Assembly: GCA_964639725.1 (NCBI GenBank)
Contig: CAZXFB010000016.1
Location: forward strand, 2,054-66,053
DNA length: 64,000 nt
Direction: 5' to 3'
Source of the DNA: an uncultured Rikenellaceae bacterium
GTDB lineage: Bacteria > Bacteroidota > Bacteroidia > Bacteroidales > VadinHA17
The translations under genes and the position numbers were made by a program. The notes beneath the pieces are model-generated. The model searched no databases. It was given only the letters and a program-made list of their open reading frames with translations, and was not told where the DNA came from. Shown in pieces: positions 1 to 10,157 of this stretch; positions within the stretch are counted from its first letter, which is position 1; each line of letters starts with the position of its first letter.

Positions 1-6
1 TGATAA

Positions 7-669
7 ATGGAGCCAATAAAAAAATCTACATTAGATTTCCTGAAAAATTTAAAAAATAACAACAACCGTGATTGGTTTATTATCAATAAGTCAGTATACA
101 ATGAAGCGAGGAATAACTTTGAAACTTTCATCCAGATAATACTTAATGAAGTAATTGAATTTGAACCTATTATGAAAGGATTAGAAGTTAAGAGCTGTGT
201 TTACAGACTTAACCGCGATATCCGATTCTCAAATGATAAAACACCATACAAATCATATTTTGGAGCATTTATTGTCAGAGGAGGTAAAAAGAATGGAGAT
301 AAATTTTCCGGATATTATATACATGTAGAACCAGGAAACAGTATGATTGCCGGTGGGGCTTATATGCCTCCGGCTCAATGGCTTTCTGAAATAAGAGAAA
401 AAATAAGCCATAATGGTGACGAACTTATTAAAATAATAAATGATAAAGAATTTGTCAGATACTTTAAAGAAATTGAGGGAGAAAAACTTAAAACAACTCC
501 AAAAGGATATCCAAAAGATCATCCCTTTATTGACTTACTGAGATTCAAGAGTTTTCTGGTAATGAAATCTATTTCAGATAAAGAAATATGCGATACAGGC
601 AGCATAGATCTTATTATCAGGGCATCAAAGGCTATGAAACCATTTAATGATTTTTTGAACAGTTTTTGA
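7..669 (+). CDS. DUF2461 family protein (TIGR02453-like)
   Basis: N-terminal FLKNLKNNNNRDWF, plus RLNRDIRFSNDKTPYK and PKGYPKDHP motifs typical of the family. Confidence 0.85.
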   Translation: MEPIKKSTLDFLKNLKNNNNRDWFIINKSVYNEARNNFETFIQIILNEVIEFEPIMKGLEVKSCVYRLNRDIRFSNDKTPYKSYFGAFIVRGGKKNGDKFSGYYIHVEPGNSMIAGGAYMPPAQWLSEIREKISHNGDELIKIINDKEFVRYFKEIEGEKLKTTPKGYPKDHPFIDLLRFKSFLVMKSISDKEICDTGSIDLIIRASKAMKPFNDFLNSF

Positions 670-737
670 TAAAAGTCAACATCTGTCCGGTTACTTTTCC
701 GATTGCAGAATATTATTAACATATATACAGTTAAACT

Positions 738-1754
738 ATGACAGGCCTTGAAAGAACTTTATCTTTTATCAAAGGGGAAACAGTCGACCGCATTCCATTC
801 CACCCGATCATCATGCGCTGGGCAGCAAAATATGCAGGAATAAAATACCGTGATTTTTGCCTCGATCCACTTTCCAAGTGCAAAGCAATGTTGAAATGTG
901 CTGAAGATTTTGATATTGACTGGGTTACAGTAATGTCTGATCCGTGGGCGGAGGCATCAGCCTTTGGGATACAGGTTGAATATCCCGAAGATAATCTGCC
1001 AATTGACACGGGAGGTCATTTCCCGGATGCAATCTCAGCAGCTATGATTCACCATTATGATCCTCTTTCCAATGTCCGTTGTATGGGAAGACTAAAAGAA
1101 ATACAAGAATTTAAGAGGCAGGCAGGAGATCATTTGTTCATTGTCGGATGGGTTGAAGGACCAGTTGCTGAATATGTCGATTTAAGAAGAGCCACTAATG
1201 CATCTCTGGATTTTTACCTTGATCCTTTATCCGTTGGAAAGGCAATGGACACTATTGTTGAAAGCGCTCTGGATTTCATAACTCTCCAGGTTAAAGAAGG
1301 AGCTCATTGCATCGGTATTGGGGATGCTTTCTGTTCTCAAATTGGACCAGAGCTTTATAACAATTTTGCTTTTCACAGACAAAAGCAAATGGTTAATCAT
1401 ATACATAATCTTGGTGCTCTGGCAAAACTACATATATGTGGAAATACAGAATCAATTTTGCAATCAATGATTGCAACAGGTGCTGATATAGTTGATATCG
1501 ACCACCTTGTACCATCTATGGCCGATTTTTCAGGACTTCTTGGCCCCTGTCAGGTCTTTTCGGGAAAAGCTGATCCAGTTACAGTTATTCAGGACGGAAC
1601 AGCTGAATTAATAAGTGAGTCGGTTATCAGAGATTTTACAGAAGCTGGAAAAAGGAGTATCATTTCGGCAGGTTGTGAGATTACACCTGGAACATCAGTT
1701 AATAATATGAATTCATACAGACAAGCTGTAACTCATATTAATCTCGGTGCTTAA
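738..1754 (+). CDS. Uroporphyrinogen decarboxylase-like / MtaA-CmuA methyltransferase family protein
   Basis: URO-D fold motifs (GWVEGP, IGDA) and putative Zn ligands LHICG and SAGCE. Confidence 0.75.
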   Translation: MTGLERTLSFIKGETVDRIPFHPIIMRWAAKYAGIKYRDFCLDPLSKCKAMLKCAEDFDIDWVTVMSDPWAEASAFGIQVEYPEDNLPIDTGGHFPDAISAAMIHHYDPLSNVRCMGRLKEIQEFKRQAGDHLFIVGWVEGPVAEYVDLRRATNASLDFYLDPLSVGKAMDTIVESALDFITLQVKEGAHCIGIGDAFCSQIGPELYNNFAFHRQKQMVNHIHNLGALAKLHICGNTESILQSMIATGADIVDIDHLVPSMADFSGLLGPCQVFSGKADPVTVIQDGTAELISESVIRDFTEAGKRSIISAGCEITPGTSVNNMNSYRQAVTHINLGA

Positions 1755-1814
1755 ATAGTGTTAAGGTAAACAATAATATTCTGACCTTATCATCCAGAAA
1801 ATTTCCTGAGATAT

Positions 1815-3596
1815 TTAGCTAAATTTATAGGAGGGTACTTTCCTCATCCTGAGGTTCAAAGGGGTCACTTCAAGATATTCGTCATCCTTGATCTGTTCCA
1901 TTGATTCTTCAAGAGAAAACTTGAGCTTAGGAGATATTTTAAGACCCTCGTCAGAACCGGATGCCCGCATATTTGTAAGCTTTTTACCTTTTACTACATT
2001 GACTTCAACATCCCCCTGACGGGTATATTCACCAACAACCTGGCCTTTATAAACCTGTTCTCCCGGATCAATATAAAATCTTCCCCTGTCCTGTAGTCTG
2101 TCAATTGCGTAACCAGTTGCCATTCCATGTTCAAGTGAGATCAGCGAACCATTTTGTTTTGGCATAAGATCATCACCTTTATATTTATCATATGCCCTCA
2201 ACCGATGATGCATGACAGCTTCACCTGATGTAGCTGTAAGCATATTATTTCTTAATCCTATCAGACCGCGTGCCGGAATGTCAAATTCAAGGTGAATAAG
2301 ATCACCTTTGGGTTCAATGATTATCATTTCCCCTTTTCTCTGGGTCACAAGCTCAATAGCTTTACCTGAATACTCTGCAGGAACATCGATAGTCAAAGTC
2401 TCATAAGGTTCTGATTTTATTCCATTTACGTCTTTAATAATGACTTTGGGCTTTCCTACCTGAAATTCATAACCCTCCCGGCGCATCGTTTCAATAAGAA
2501 TTGAAAGATGTAATATCCCCCGGCCATAAACATTAAAAGTATCTTCCGAGGAGGTCTCCTCAACCTTCATTGCCAGATTCTTTTCAGTTTCCCTTAATAA
2601 TCTTGTTCTCAAATGTCTTGACGTAACAAACTTACCTTCCTTGCCAAATAGTGGAGAATTATTAATAGTGAAAACCATACTCATTGTTGGTTCATCGACT
2701 TCAATTCTTTGAAGAGCCTCAGGATTAAGAAGGTCTGCCAATGTATCCCCTATTTCAAAATCTTCAAGTCCAACAACTGCACAAAGATCCCCGCATCTCA
2801 CACTGTCTGTCCTCACCCGCCCTAGTCCCTCAAATACATAAAGTTCTTTTACCCTGACTTTTTTTACTGCTCCGTCCTTTTTACATAAAGTATAATCCAC
2901 ACCAATATGTATATCACCTCTGAATACTCTTCCAATAGCAATACGTCCCACGTAACTTGAAAAATCAAGTGACGCAACCTGCATCTGCGCAGTACCTTCA
3001 ACATATAATGGCTCGGGAATCTCTTCAAGTATTGTATCAAGCAGAAAAGTAATGTCTGTTGCAGGAACCTTCCAGTCTCTGCTCATCCAGCCAAGCTTTG
3101 ATGATCCGAAAACAGTTTCAAAATCAAGTTGTTCGTCAGATGCATCAAGATTGAACATAAGTTCAAATATATCCTGCTGAACTTCATCTGGTCTGCAGTT
3201 TTCCTTATCAACTTTATTAACAACCACAATTGGTTTCAGACCAAGATTAATTGCCTTTCCGAGTACAAACCTGGTTTGTGGCATAGGTCCTTCAAATGCA
3301 TCGACAAGGAGTAAAACTCCATCAGCCATTTTAAGAACCCTTTCAACCTCACCACCAAAATCAGCATGACCAGGTGTATCTATGATATTAATTTTAACTC
3401 CTTTGTAGGTTACTGAGACGTTTTTTGAGATAATTGTAATACCCCTTTCCCTCTCCAGATCATTACTATCGAGAATAAGGTCCCCCGCTTCTTTCCTCTG
3501 ATCCAGAACCTTACACTCCTGAATGATCCGGTCAACAAGAGTAGTTTTTCCATGATCAACATGAGCAATGATCGCAATATTTCTAATTGATTGCAT
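1815..3596 (-). CDS. typA: Translational GTPase TypA/BipA
   Basis: [27 protein letters not shown] and C-terminal [10 protein letters not shown]. Start moved to ATG 3596 because a TACTTTTG -7 element lies at 3622-3615. Confidence 0.97.
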   Translation of the reverse strand: MQSIRNIAIIAHVDHGKTTLVDRIIQECKVLDQRKEAGDLILDSNDLERERGITIISKNVSVTYKGVKINIIDTPGHADFGGEVERVLKMADGVLLLVDAFEGPMPQTRFVLGKAINLGLKPIVVVNKVDKENCRPDEVQQDIFELMFNLDASDEQLDFETVFGSSKLGWMSRDWKVPATDITFLLDTILEEIPEPLYVEGTAQMQVASLDFSSYVGRIAIGRVFRGDIHIGVDYTLCKKDGAVKKVRVKELYVFEGLGRVRTDSVRCGDLCAVVGLEDFEIGDTLADLLNPEALQRIEVDEPTMSMVFTINNSPLFGKEGKFVTSRHLRTRLLRETEKNLAMKVEETSSEDTFNVYGRGILHLSILIETMRREGYEFQVGKPKVIIKDVNGIKSEPYETLTIDVPAEYSGKAIELVTQRKGEMIIIEPKGDLIHLEFDIPARGLIGLRNNMLTATSGEAVMHHRLRAYDKYKGDDLMPKQNGSLISLEHGMATGYAIDRLQDRGRFYIDPGEQVYKGQVVGEYTRQGDVEVNVVKGKKLTNMRASGSDEGLKISPKLKFSLEESMEQIKDDEYLEVTPLNLRMRKVPSYKFS

Positions 3597-3713
3597 AATG
3601 AAAATTAAGAGTTGCAAAAGTAATATAGTTGGCGGGATTAATGATAAAAACGATGAAAATTAATTTATAATAAAAATTTCATATATTTCGAACTTAATTA
3701 TAAATATAAGTCT

Positions 3714-4253
3714 ATGAAAAAGATGATCTTCACTATTCTCTTCACATCGTTAACTATGTTATCGATTTATGGTCAGGCAGGCTCAAAGCTTGAAGTTGGC
3801 ATGAAAGCACCTGAATGGATGTTTACTGACGCAGATAAACAGGAATTTACTATGAATTCATGGGCAGGAAAAGTGCTCCAGATCAATTATGTTGATCCTG
3901 ATGTATCAGATCTGAATGATCCATTTAATGATGCTGTAAATAAAGCAGCTGATGTAGATAAAATAATTAACCGTGATTTTTTCAAGGGATTTGGTGTGGT
4001 TGACTGCAAGTCAACATGGAAACCAAATGGGTTGATCAGAATGATTGCCGGAAATAAAGCAAAGAAATACAAAACAACCATTCTTTTCGATTATGATGCC
4101 TACCTTCAGGATAAATGGGGCCTGCCAAAAGACAACTACAGTGTTGTGATTGTTGACAAGAATAGAATTTGCAGGGCAATCTATGAAGGTAAAATCGCAG
4201 AATCAGAAAACCAGAAGATCATCCAGTTGATAATAGCTTTGACAAAGGAATAA
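3714..4253 (+). CDS. Secreted YtfJ-like (thioredoxin-fold) protein
   Basis: Signal peptide; peroxiredoxin-like start (GMKAPEW..TD), WAGKV and WGL..VVIVDK, without CxxC. Confidence 0.55.
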   Translation: MKKMIFTILFTSLTMLSIYGQAGSKLEVGMKAPEWMFTDADKQEFTMNSWAGKVLQINYVDPDVSDLNDPFNDAVNKAADVDKIINRDFFKGFGVVDCKSTWKPNGLIRMIAGNKAKKYKTTILFDYDAYLQDKWGLPKDNYSVVIVDKNRICRAIYEGKIAESENQKIIQLIIALTKE

Positions 4254-4275
4254 ACTGCATATCAGCATTTTAATC

Positions 4276-4363
4276 ATCTCTGTGGTCCCATGAATTCCTG
4301 GTGGTACTCCGTGCATTAGAATTGTACAGAGGATCATTGTGAAGAACTGATGACTACAGAGAT
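4276..4363. repeat. Long imperfect inverted repeat (REP/MITE-like hairpin)
   Basis: ATCTCTGTGGTC (4276-4287) pairs with GACTACAGAGAT (4352-4363); inner arms 4301-4315 and 4323-4337 also pair with G-U wobbles. Confidence 0.55.
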
Positions 4364-4388
4364 TTTAGTTAGTAAATAATTGATAATT

Positions 4389-4916
4389 ATGATTGTTCCA
4401 AATCTTCTTATCGTTGCCGGAACAGGAACCAAGTCAGGAAAGACAACCATAACATGCAGGTTAATTGACCAACTCAAGAATACTGGAATTGTGGGTATAA
4501 AGATTACTCCTCATTTTCATGAAACAACACCGGGTCTTATTTTAATTTCAGAGAAGCCAGGTTATTCAATATTCAAAGAAACTAACCCAGATACTAATAA
4601 GGACACCTCCCGCATGTTGAATGCCGGAGCTTCATTTGTTTATTTTGTGAAAGTAACTGATGGTAGTCTTTTAAAGGCGTTTATTGAGATCACAGAAAAT
4701 ATTCCGGGGAGTTGTCCCATTATTTGTGAATCACCTGCATTAAGATACTTTATTGAACCTGGTCTATTTATCATTATGTCATCAGTTGCTGTAAACAAAC
4801 AAAAGGATATCAATAATTTAACATTATTACCTCATGTAACATTTACGATGGAAGAACTGGAAAAGACAAGATACCTTCCAATTAATTTCAATAAGGGTAA
4901 ATGGAAATACAAATAA
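4389..4916 (+). CDS. Small P-loop NTPase-like hypothetical protein
   Basis: N-terminal Walker A-like AGTGTKSGKTT; IICES as possible Walker B. ATG 4389 preferred to TTG 4380. Confidence 0.6.
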   Translation: MIVPNLLIVAGTGTKSGKTTITCRLIDQLKNTGIVGIKITPHFHETTPGLILISEKPGYSIFKETNPDTNKDTSRMLNAGASFVYFVKVTDGSLLKAFIEITENIPGSCPIICESPALRYFIEPGLFIIMSSVAVNKQKDINNLTLLPHVTFTMEELEKTRYLPINFNKGKWKYK

Positions 4917-4927
4917 GTAAAACCAGA

Positions 4928-5755
4928 TTAGTTTATCTCTTTTACATCATAAATATCTTTCCCCAATTTTGCCTTAATCCTCTCCAGATCGTTCTTCATG
5001 ACCGCAATTGACTGAATAATCTGCTTTTCAGGAAGAACAGGTTCCGGAAGTTCACTGCTAATATAATTAATGAATTTCCATATCTCTTTGACTTCATTAA
5101 CATGTACTTCATATGGTTCATATACAGGGTTAAGAGAATACAGAACAAGTTTTCCATCTTTGTTGATATTGTTTTCCACTACTTTGAAAACTATACCATC
5201 ATTTATAGTGAATACAATATAGGCTTTACCACTGATAATATCACGCCAGTCCTGCAGAAACTCCCCTGTAACCCATGATCCATCAGGTATAGGGGCCATT
5301 GAATCACCCTTAAGCTGAAAAGTTCTGTATTTTCTTTTATCAGACAAAAATGGCAATCTGAACCTGGGGAGTTCACCAATATATTCAGGATCAGCATAAC
5401 CAGTTGCATACCCGGCTTTGGCCTTTTCCGGCACCAGCTCAATGTTCTCCTGATTGTCTGAAGTCACTGTTGTCGTTAGTACTCTCAGATTACTTCCCCT
5501 TACATAAGCATCATATCCCCGTTCCAGTTCTCCAAGCTGACTCTCTGATAATTCTGATATATTCACTTTCAACAAAGTATCTATTGATAAGTTGAAATAG
5601 CGGGAAAATGAGATAAGAATCTCAATTCCAGGCTGAGCTACGCCATTCTCATAACCACTTAGGGTGGAACGTTTCAGATTAAGGGCTACAGAAACATCAT
5701 CCTGTGTTCTGCCCCTTCTTTTTCTTAAAAATTTTATGTTGGATGTAAAATACAT
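4928..5755 (-). CDS. XRE/CI-type HTH + S24 peptidase repressor (Bacteroidota non-canonical LexA-like)
   Basis: N-terminal HTH (TQDDVS..LKRSTLSGYENG), Ala-Gly cleavage site (KAKAGY), catalytic Ser (GDSM) and Lys (VFKV); divergent from dinB-dnaE2. Confidence 0.85.
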   Translation of the reverse strand: MYFTSNIKFLRKRRGRTQDDVSVALNLKRSTLSGYENGVAQPGIEILISFSRYFNLSIDTLLKVNISELSESQLGELERGYDAYVRGSNLRVLTTTVTSDNQENIELVPEKAKAGYATGYADPEYIGELPRFRLPFLSDKRKYRTFQLKGDSMAPIPDGSWVTGEFLQDWRDIISGKAYIVFTINDGIVFKVVENNINKDGKLVLYSLNPVYEPYEVHVNEVKEIWKFINYISSELPEPVLPEKQIIQSIAVMKNDLERIKAKLGKDIYDVKEIN

Positions 5756-5763
5756 AAGAAAAT

Positions 5764-5803
5764 TGATTATATTGTAATCACTATATTGATTAATTTCTAA
5801 TCA
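5764..5803. promoter_or_regulatory. Two tandem palindromic operators TGATTA-N5-TAATCA (putative SOS boxes)
   Basis: TGATTA-TATTG-TAATCA at 5764-5780 and TGATTA-ATTTC-TAATCA at 5787-5803, between the repressor and dinB. Confidence 0.75.
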
Positions 5804-5896
5804 AAAGTAAGATATGTTTTTGAAATAACCAAAACAATTAACAAAAAAATTTAGAGTGACTAAACTTCAGTCGCTTTAAAATTTTTCAATATACAA

Positions 5897-7162
5897 ATGA
5901 TTATCTCTGGTAATATAGACAGATCCGTACTTCACCTCGACCTCGATACATTTTTTGTATCGGTTGAGAGGCTTAAAAACAGCAGACTAAACGACAAACC
6001 GGTGATAATTGGCGGAATGTCTGACCGTGGTGTGGTATCGAGTTGCAGTTATGAGGCACGGAAATATGGAGTAAACTCTGCAATGCCTATGAAGATGGCA
6101 AGAAATATGTGTCCGGATGCAATTATTATACGTGGTGATATGGAATTGTACAGCAACTATTCAAACATTGTAACAGGTATAATCGCTGAAAGATCACCTC
6201 TGTACGAGAAATCATCAATTGATGAGCATTACGTTGACCTTACAGGAATGGATCGTTTCTACGGATGTTATAAATGGTCTCACGAATTACGGCAGCATAT
6301 AATGAAGGAGACCGGATTGCCCATATCCATAGGTCTTTCTATAAATAAAACAGTATCAAAGATAGCTACAGGTGAAGCAAAACCAAATGGTGAGATAGAG
6401 GTAAAAAAAGAGATAGTTCTCCCTTTCCTCGACCCGCTTTCAATAAATAAAATACCAATGATTGGTCAGAAGATCTATCATTCGCTTCGTTCAATGGGCA
6501 TTGCAACAATATTCACTCTCAGGCATATTCCCCCTGAGATGCTCGAAAAAATGATGGGGAAAAATGGAATCGAGATATGGAAAAGAGCAAACGGAATAGA
6601 CTCCAACCCGGTTATCAGCTATTCGGAACAAAAATCTATCAGTACGGAACATACGTTTGAGAAAGATACCACCGACATGGCAAGGCTTAACCAGTTACTG
6701 GTGAGTATGGTAGAAAAGATTGCATTTGAACTCAGAAAACAGGAGAAGCTAACATCATGCATTACAATAAAAATAAGATACTCCAACTTTGATACCCATA
6801 CTCTTCAGAAACGGATACCATATACCTCATTCGATCATGTTCTGACAGATATCGCAAAAGAACTATTTGGACGCTTGTACCAGCGACGCATGCTCATAAG
6901 GCTCATCGGTGTCAGATTGAGTCATATGGTTCGTGGCGTTCAGCAACTTGACATGTTTGATGATACACCTGAAAAAGTAAACCTGTATATGGCTATGGAC
7001 ACTCTCAGAAAGCGTTTCGGGCGGAATGCTGTCAGAAGAGCTGCCGGAGTGATGACAGTCAATGAAAGAGAGGAGAAGGCTCTTAAACAGCTCGAAAATG
7101 CTCTTAAAGAGCAGAATATGATGGAAGAACGACTCAAAAAGTATATGATGTACGGACATTAG
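5897..7162 (+). CDS. dinB: DNA polymerase IV (Y family)
   Basis: HLDLDTFF, SCSYEAR, SIDEHYVD catalytic motifs; QLDMF beta-clamp motif. Confidence 0.93.
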   Translation: MIISGNIDRSVLHLDLDTFFVSVERLKNSRLNDKPVIIGGMSDRGVVSSCSYEARKYGVNSAMPMKMARNMCPDAIIIRGDMELYSNYSNIVTGIIAERSPLYEKSSIDEHYVDLTGMDRFYGCYKWSHELRQHIMKETGLPISIGLSINKTVSKIATGEAKPNGEIEVKKEIVLPFLDPLSINKIPMIGQKIYHSLRSMGIATIFTLRHIPPEMLEKMMGKNGIEIWKRANGIDSNPVISYSEQKSISTEHTFEKDTTDMARLNQLLVSMVEKIAFELRKQEKLTSCITIKIRYSNFDTHTLQKRIPYTSFDHVLTDIAKELFGRLYQRRMLIRLIGVRLSHMVRGVQQLDMFDDTPEKVNLYMAMDTLRKRFGRNAVRRAAGVMTVNEREEKALKQLENALKEQNMMEERLKKYMMYGH

Positions 7163-7214
7163 CAGGTCATAGGTGACGGAAAGAGCAATGCTGATGCCTG
7201 ATGCAAAAAAAAAT

Positions 7215-10151
7215 ATGTATTTGAACTGTCACACATATTATAGTCTCCGCTACGGAACCATGTCCGTGGAACAGCTTGTGCAGAAAGCGCTGGCTGCGGG
7301 AACTGATACCATTGTCCTTACCGATATCAACAACTCAACAGCCATACCTGAATTTGCCGGAGAGTGCAGCAAACACAATATCAGACCCATTGCCGGCATA
7401 GAATTCAGAAACAATAACGAGTTGCAGTACATAGCAATAGCACGCAATAATAAAGGACTTATGGAGCTGAATGAGTTTCTTTCAAAGCTCAATTCTCAAA
7501 AGGAAGCAGTACCATTTCCTGCACCTCATTTCTCAGAATCTTATGTAATTTATTCCCTTAACAAGATAGCTGATCGTAAACTTTTTGATAATGAACGTAT
7601 TGGTATTCGCAGGAATGAAATGAACCGGCTGCTTACGCTATCTTCATCTATTGACAGAAACATGATGGTTCTGCTTCATCCTGTAACATTTTCAGATAGT
7701 AACGACATTTTCATTCATAAGAGCCTCCGGGCAGTCGACAATAATATTCTCCTGAGTCATCTTAAACCATCTCAGTGTGCCGGGGAAGATGAATTCTTCA
7801 GAACTGTATCAAGCAACGAGAGAACGTTGAAAGATTTTCAATGGCTGGTTATTAATACACGAAAACTACTGGAAGAGTGCTCTTTACAATTTGACAGGGA
7901 CAGTTTGAAGAATAAGAAGATCTATTCCGCCAGCAGGTATGATGATAAGTTACTTCTCGAAAAACTTGCATGGGACGGAATGATTTACAGGTACGGCCGT
8001 GAGAATAGTGAAGCAAAAAAAAGAGTTCAGCACGAACTTGCCATAATCGATAAACTTGGATTCTCTGCCTACTTTCTTATTACCTGGGATATCGTACGCT
8101 ATTCAATGGCAAGAGGTTTTTATCATGTCGGACGTGGTAGCGGTGCAAATTCAGTGGTTGCTTACTGTCTGAAGATCACCAATGTTGACCCAATTGACCT
8201 AAACCTTTACTTTGAGAGATTTATAAATCCCAAAAGGAGCTCTCCACCCGACTTCGACATCGACTATTCATGGAAAGAGAGAGATGAAGTAATAGATTAC
8301 ATTTTCAAGAGATACGGAAATAAACATACTGCACTGCTAGGTACAATGAGTACATTCAGAGGTAAATCAATAGTAAGGGAGCTGGGAAAAATTCATGGGT
8401 TACCTAAGGAAGAGATTGATTTGCTTATTGAAAATCCATCAGCAGAGAGTAACAGGAGTGAGATAACCAATACAATATTTTCTACTGGCCTGAAGATCGC
8501 TGATTTCCCCAATATGAGGAGCATTCATGCCGGAGGAATTCTCATATCCGAAGAGCCGATAACATGCTATACTGCACTGGATATGCCCCCGAAAGGTTTT
8601 CCGACGACCCAGTGGGATATGTACACAGCCGAGGAGATCGGTTTTGAAAAGCTCGATATACTGAGTCAGAGGGGTATCGGACATATTAAAGAGAGTGCTG
8701 AGATAATACTGAGAAACCGCGGAATAGATGTGGATGTTCACGCGGTTCAGAAGTTCAAAACGGATGAGAAAGTCAGAGAGTATCTGAAAATCGGTCAGAC
8801 AAAAGGGTGTTTTTATATTGAAAGCCCTGCTATGCGGGGGCTTCTGCAAAAACTGAAATGCGATAATTACACTACACTGGTGGCAGCAAGTTCTGTTATC
8901 AGACCAGGAGTCGCGCGTTCAGGCATGATGAAAGAATATATTTATCGGTTTCATAATCCTCATGATTTCAAGTATATACATCCTGTAATGAAAGAACAAC
9001 TTGAGGAGACTTTCGGGGTTATGGTTTACCAGGAGGATGTATTAAAAGTGTGCCACCACTTTGCCGGTCTTGATCTGGCTGACGCTGACACACTGCGTCG
9101 TGCCATGAGTGGGAAACACAGGTCAAAACAGGAGATGCAACGAATAGTAGAAAAATTTTTCTCAAACTGCAGAGAGAGGGATTATGGCGAGGAAGTTACA
9201 AAAGAGGTATGGAGACAGATCGAGTCTTTTGCAGGTTATTCATTCTCGAAGGCACACTCTGCCTCATATGCCGTTGAGAGCTACCAGAGCCTGTATCTGA
9301 AAGCACATTATCCGCTTGAGTTCATGGTTGCTGTAATAAATAATTTCGGAGGCTTTTACAGGACCTGGGTCTATGTACATGAAGCCAGAAGGTTCGGAGC
9401 AAAGATCCAACTGCCTTGTGTGAATAAAAGTACCTATAAAACGACAATTTATGGTACAGATGTCTATATCGGGTTTGTACATATTATGAGTCTGGAGTAC
9501 AAAGTGGCCCAGTCAATTGAGGTGATTCGCAATGAAGATGGACCTTTTGCAGACTTGAATGATTTCGTTACAAGAGTTAACCCAGGTCTGGAACATCTGA
9601 TCCTGCTGATAAGGGCTGGCGCATTCAGGTTTACCGGGAAGAAGAAGGCTGTACTATTATGGGAGGCTCATATGATGATAAACAAAAGCAAACATGAGGA
9701 GACCAGACCGCTCTTCTCCTCCCCTGTCCGCAACTTTTCACTACCCGATCTTGTTCAGGGAGAAACCGAAGATGTGTATGATGAGATTGAATTATTCGGG
9801 TTCCCGGTAACAATGAGCTGGTTTGATATGCTTATAACACCATTCCGGGGAGAGGTCCAGTCCAGAGAACTGCTTAAATACAAAGGGGAAAAAGTAAGGA
9901 TGGTCGGGCATCTTGTTACAATAAAGTACATCAAGACAATTAAAAAAGACTGGATGAATTTCGGATGCTTTATAGATGCTGAAGGTAATTTTTTTGACAC
10001 CATACATTTTTCTCAATCACTTAAATACTACCCTTTTAAAGGAAGTGGTACTTATCTTATACTCGGAAAAGTTGTCGAAGAGTTCGGATTTCCGTCACTG
10101 GAGGTTGAGAAAATGGCAAAGTTGCCTGTAAAACCTGACCAGAGGTATTAA
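7215..10151 (+). CDS. dnaE2: Error-prone DNA polymerase III alpha subunit (DnaE2-like)
   Basis: PHP N-terminus, GRGSGANS, PDFDID, KLDILS, FSKAHSASY; short C-terminus; directly follows dinB. ATG 7215 preferred to GTG 7173. Confidence 0.88.
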   Translation: MYLNCHTYYSLRYGTMSVEQLVQKALAAGTDTIVLTDINNSTAIPEFAGECSKHNIRPIAGIEFRNNNELQYIAIARNNKGLMELNEFLSKLNSQKEAVPFPAPHFSESYVIYSLNKIADRKLFDNERIGIRRNEMNRLLTLSSSIDRNMMVLLHPVTFSDSNDIFIHKSLRAVDNNILLSHLKPSQCAGEDEFFRTVSSNERTLKDFQWLVINTRKLLEECSLQFDRDSLKNKKIYSASRYDDKLLLEKLAWDGMIYRYGRENSEAKKRVQHELAIIDKLGFSAYFLITWDIVRYSMARGFYHVGRGSGANSVVAYCLKITNVDPIDLNLYFERFINPKRSSPPDFDIDYSWKERDEVIDYIFKRYGNKHTALLGTMSTFRGKSIVRELGKIHGLPKEEIDLLIENPSAESNRSEITNTIFSTGLKIADFPNMRSIHAGGILISEEPITCYTALDMPPKGFPTTQWDMYTAEEIGFEKLDILSQRGIGHIKESAEIILRNRGIDVDVHAVQKFKTDEKVREYLKIGQTKGCFYIESPAMRGLLQKLKCDNYTTLVAASSVIRPGVARSGMMKEYIYRFHNPHDFKYIHPVMKEQLEETFGVMVYQEDVLKVCHHFAGLDLADADTLRRAMSGKHRSKQEMQRIVEKFFSNCRERDYGEEVTKEVWRQIESFAGYSFSKAHSASYAVESYQSLYLKAHYPLEFMVAVINNFGGFYRTWVYVHEARRFGAKIQLPCVNKSTYKTTIYGTDVYIGFVHIMSLEYKVAQSIEVIRNEDGPFADLNDFVTRVNPGLEHLILLIRAGAFRFTGKKKAVLLWEAHMMINKSKHEETRPLFSSPVRNFSLPDLVQGETEDVYDEIELFGFPVTMSWFDMLITPFRGEVQSRELLKYKGEKVRMVGHLVTIKYIKTIKKDWMNFGCFIDAEGNFFDTIHFSQSLKYYPFKGSGTYLILGKVVEEFGFPSLEVEKMAKLPVKPDQRY

Positions 10152-10157
10152 ACGGGT

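Noticed and set aside
7205-7213. A9 tract before dnaE2
   Set aside because: Lies upstream of the likely ATG (7215); A-rich leaders are normal in Bacteroidota
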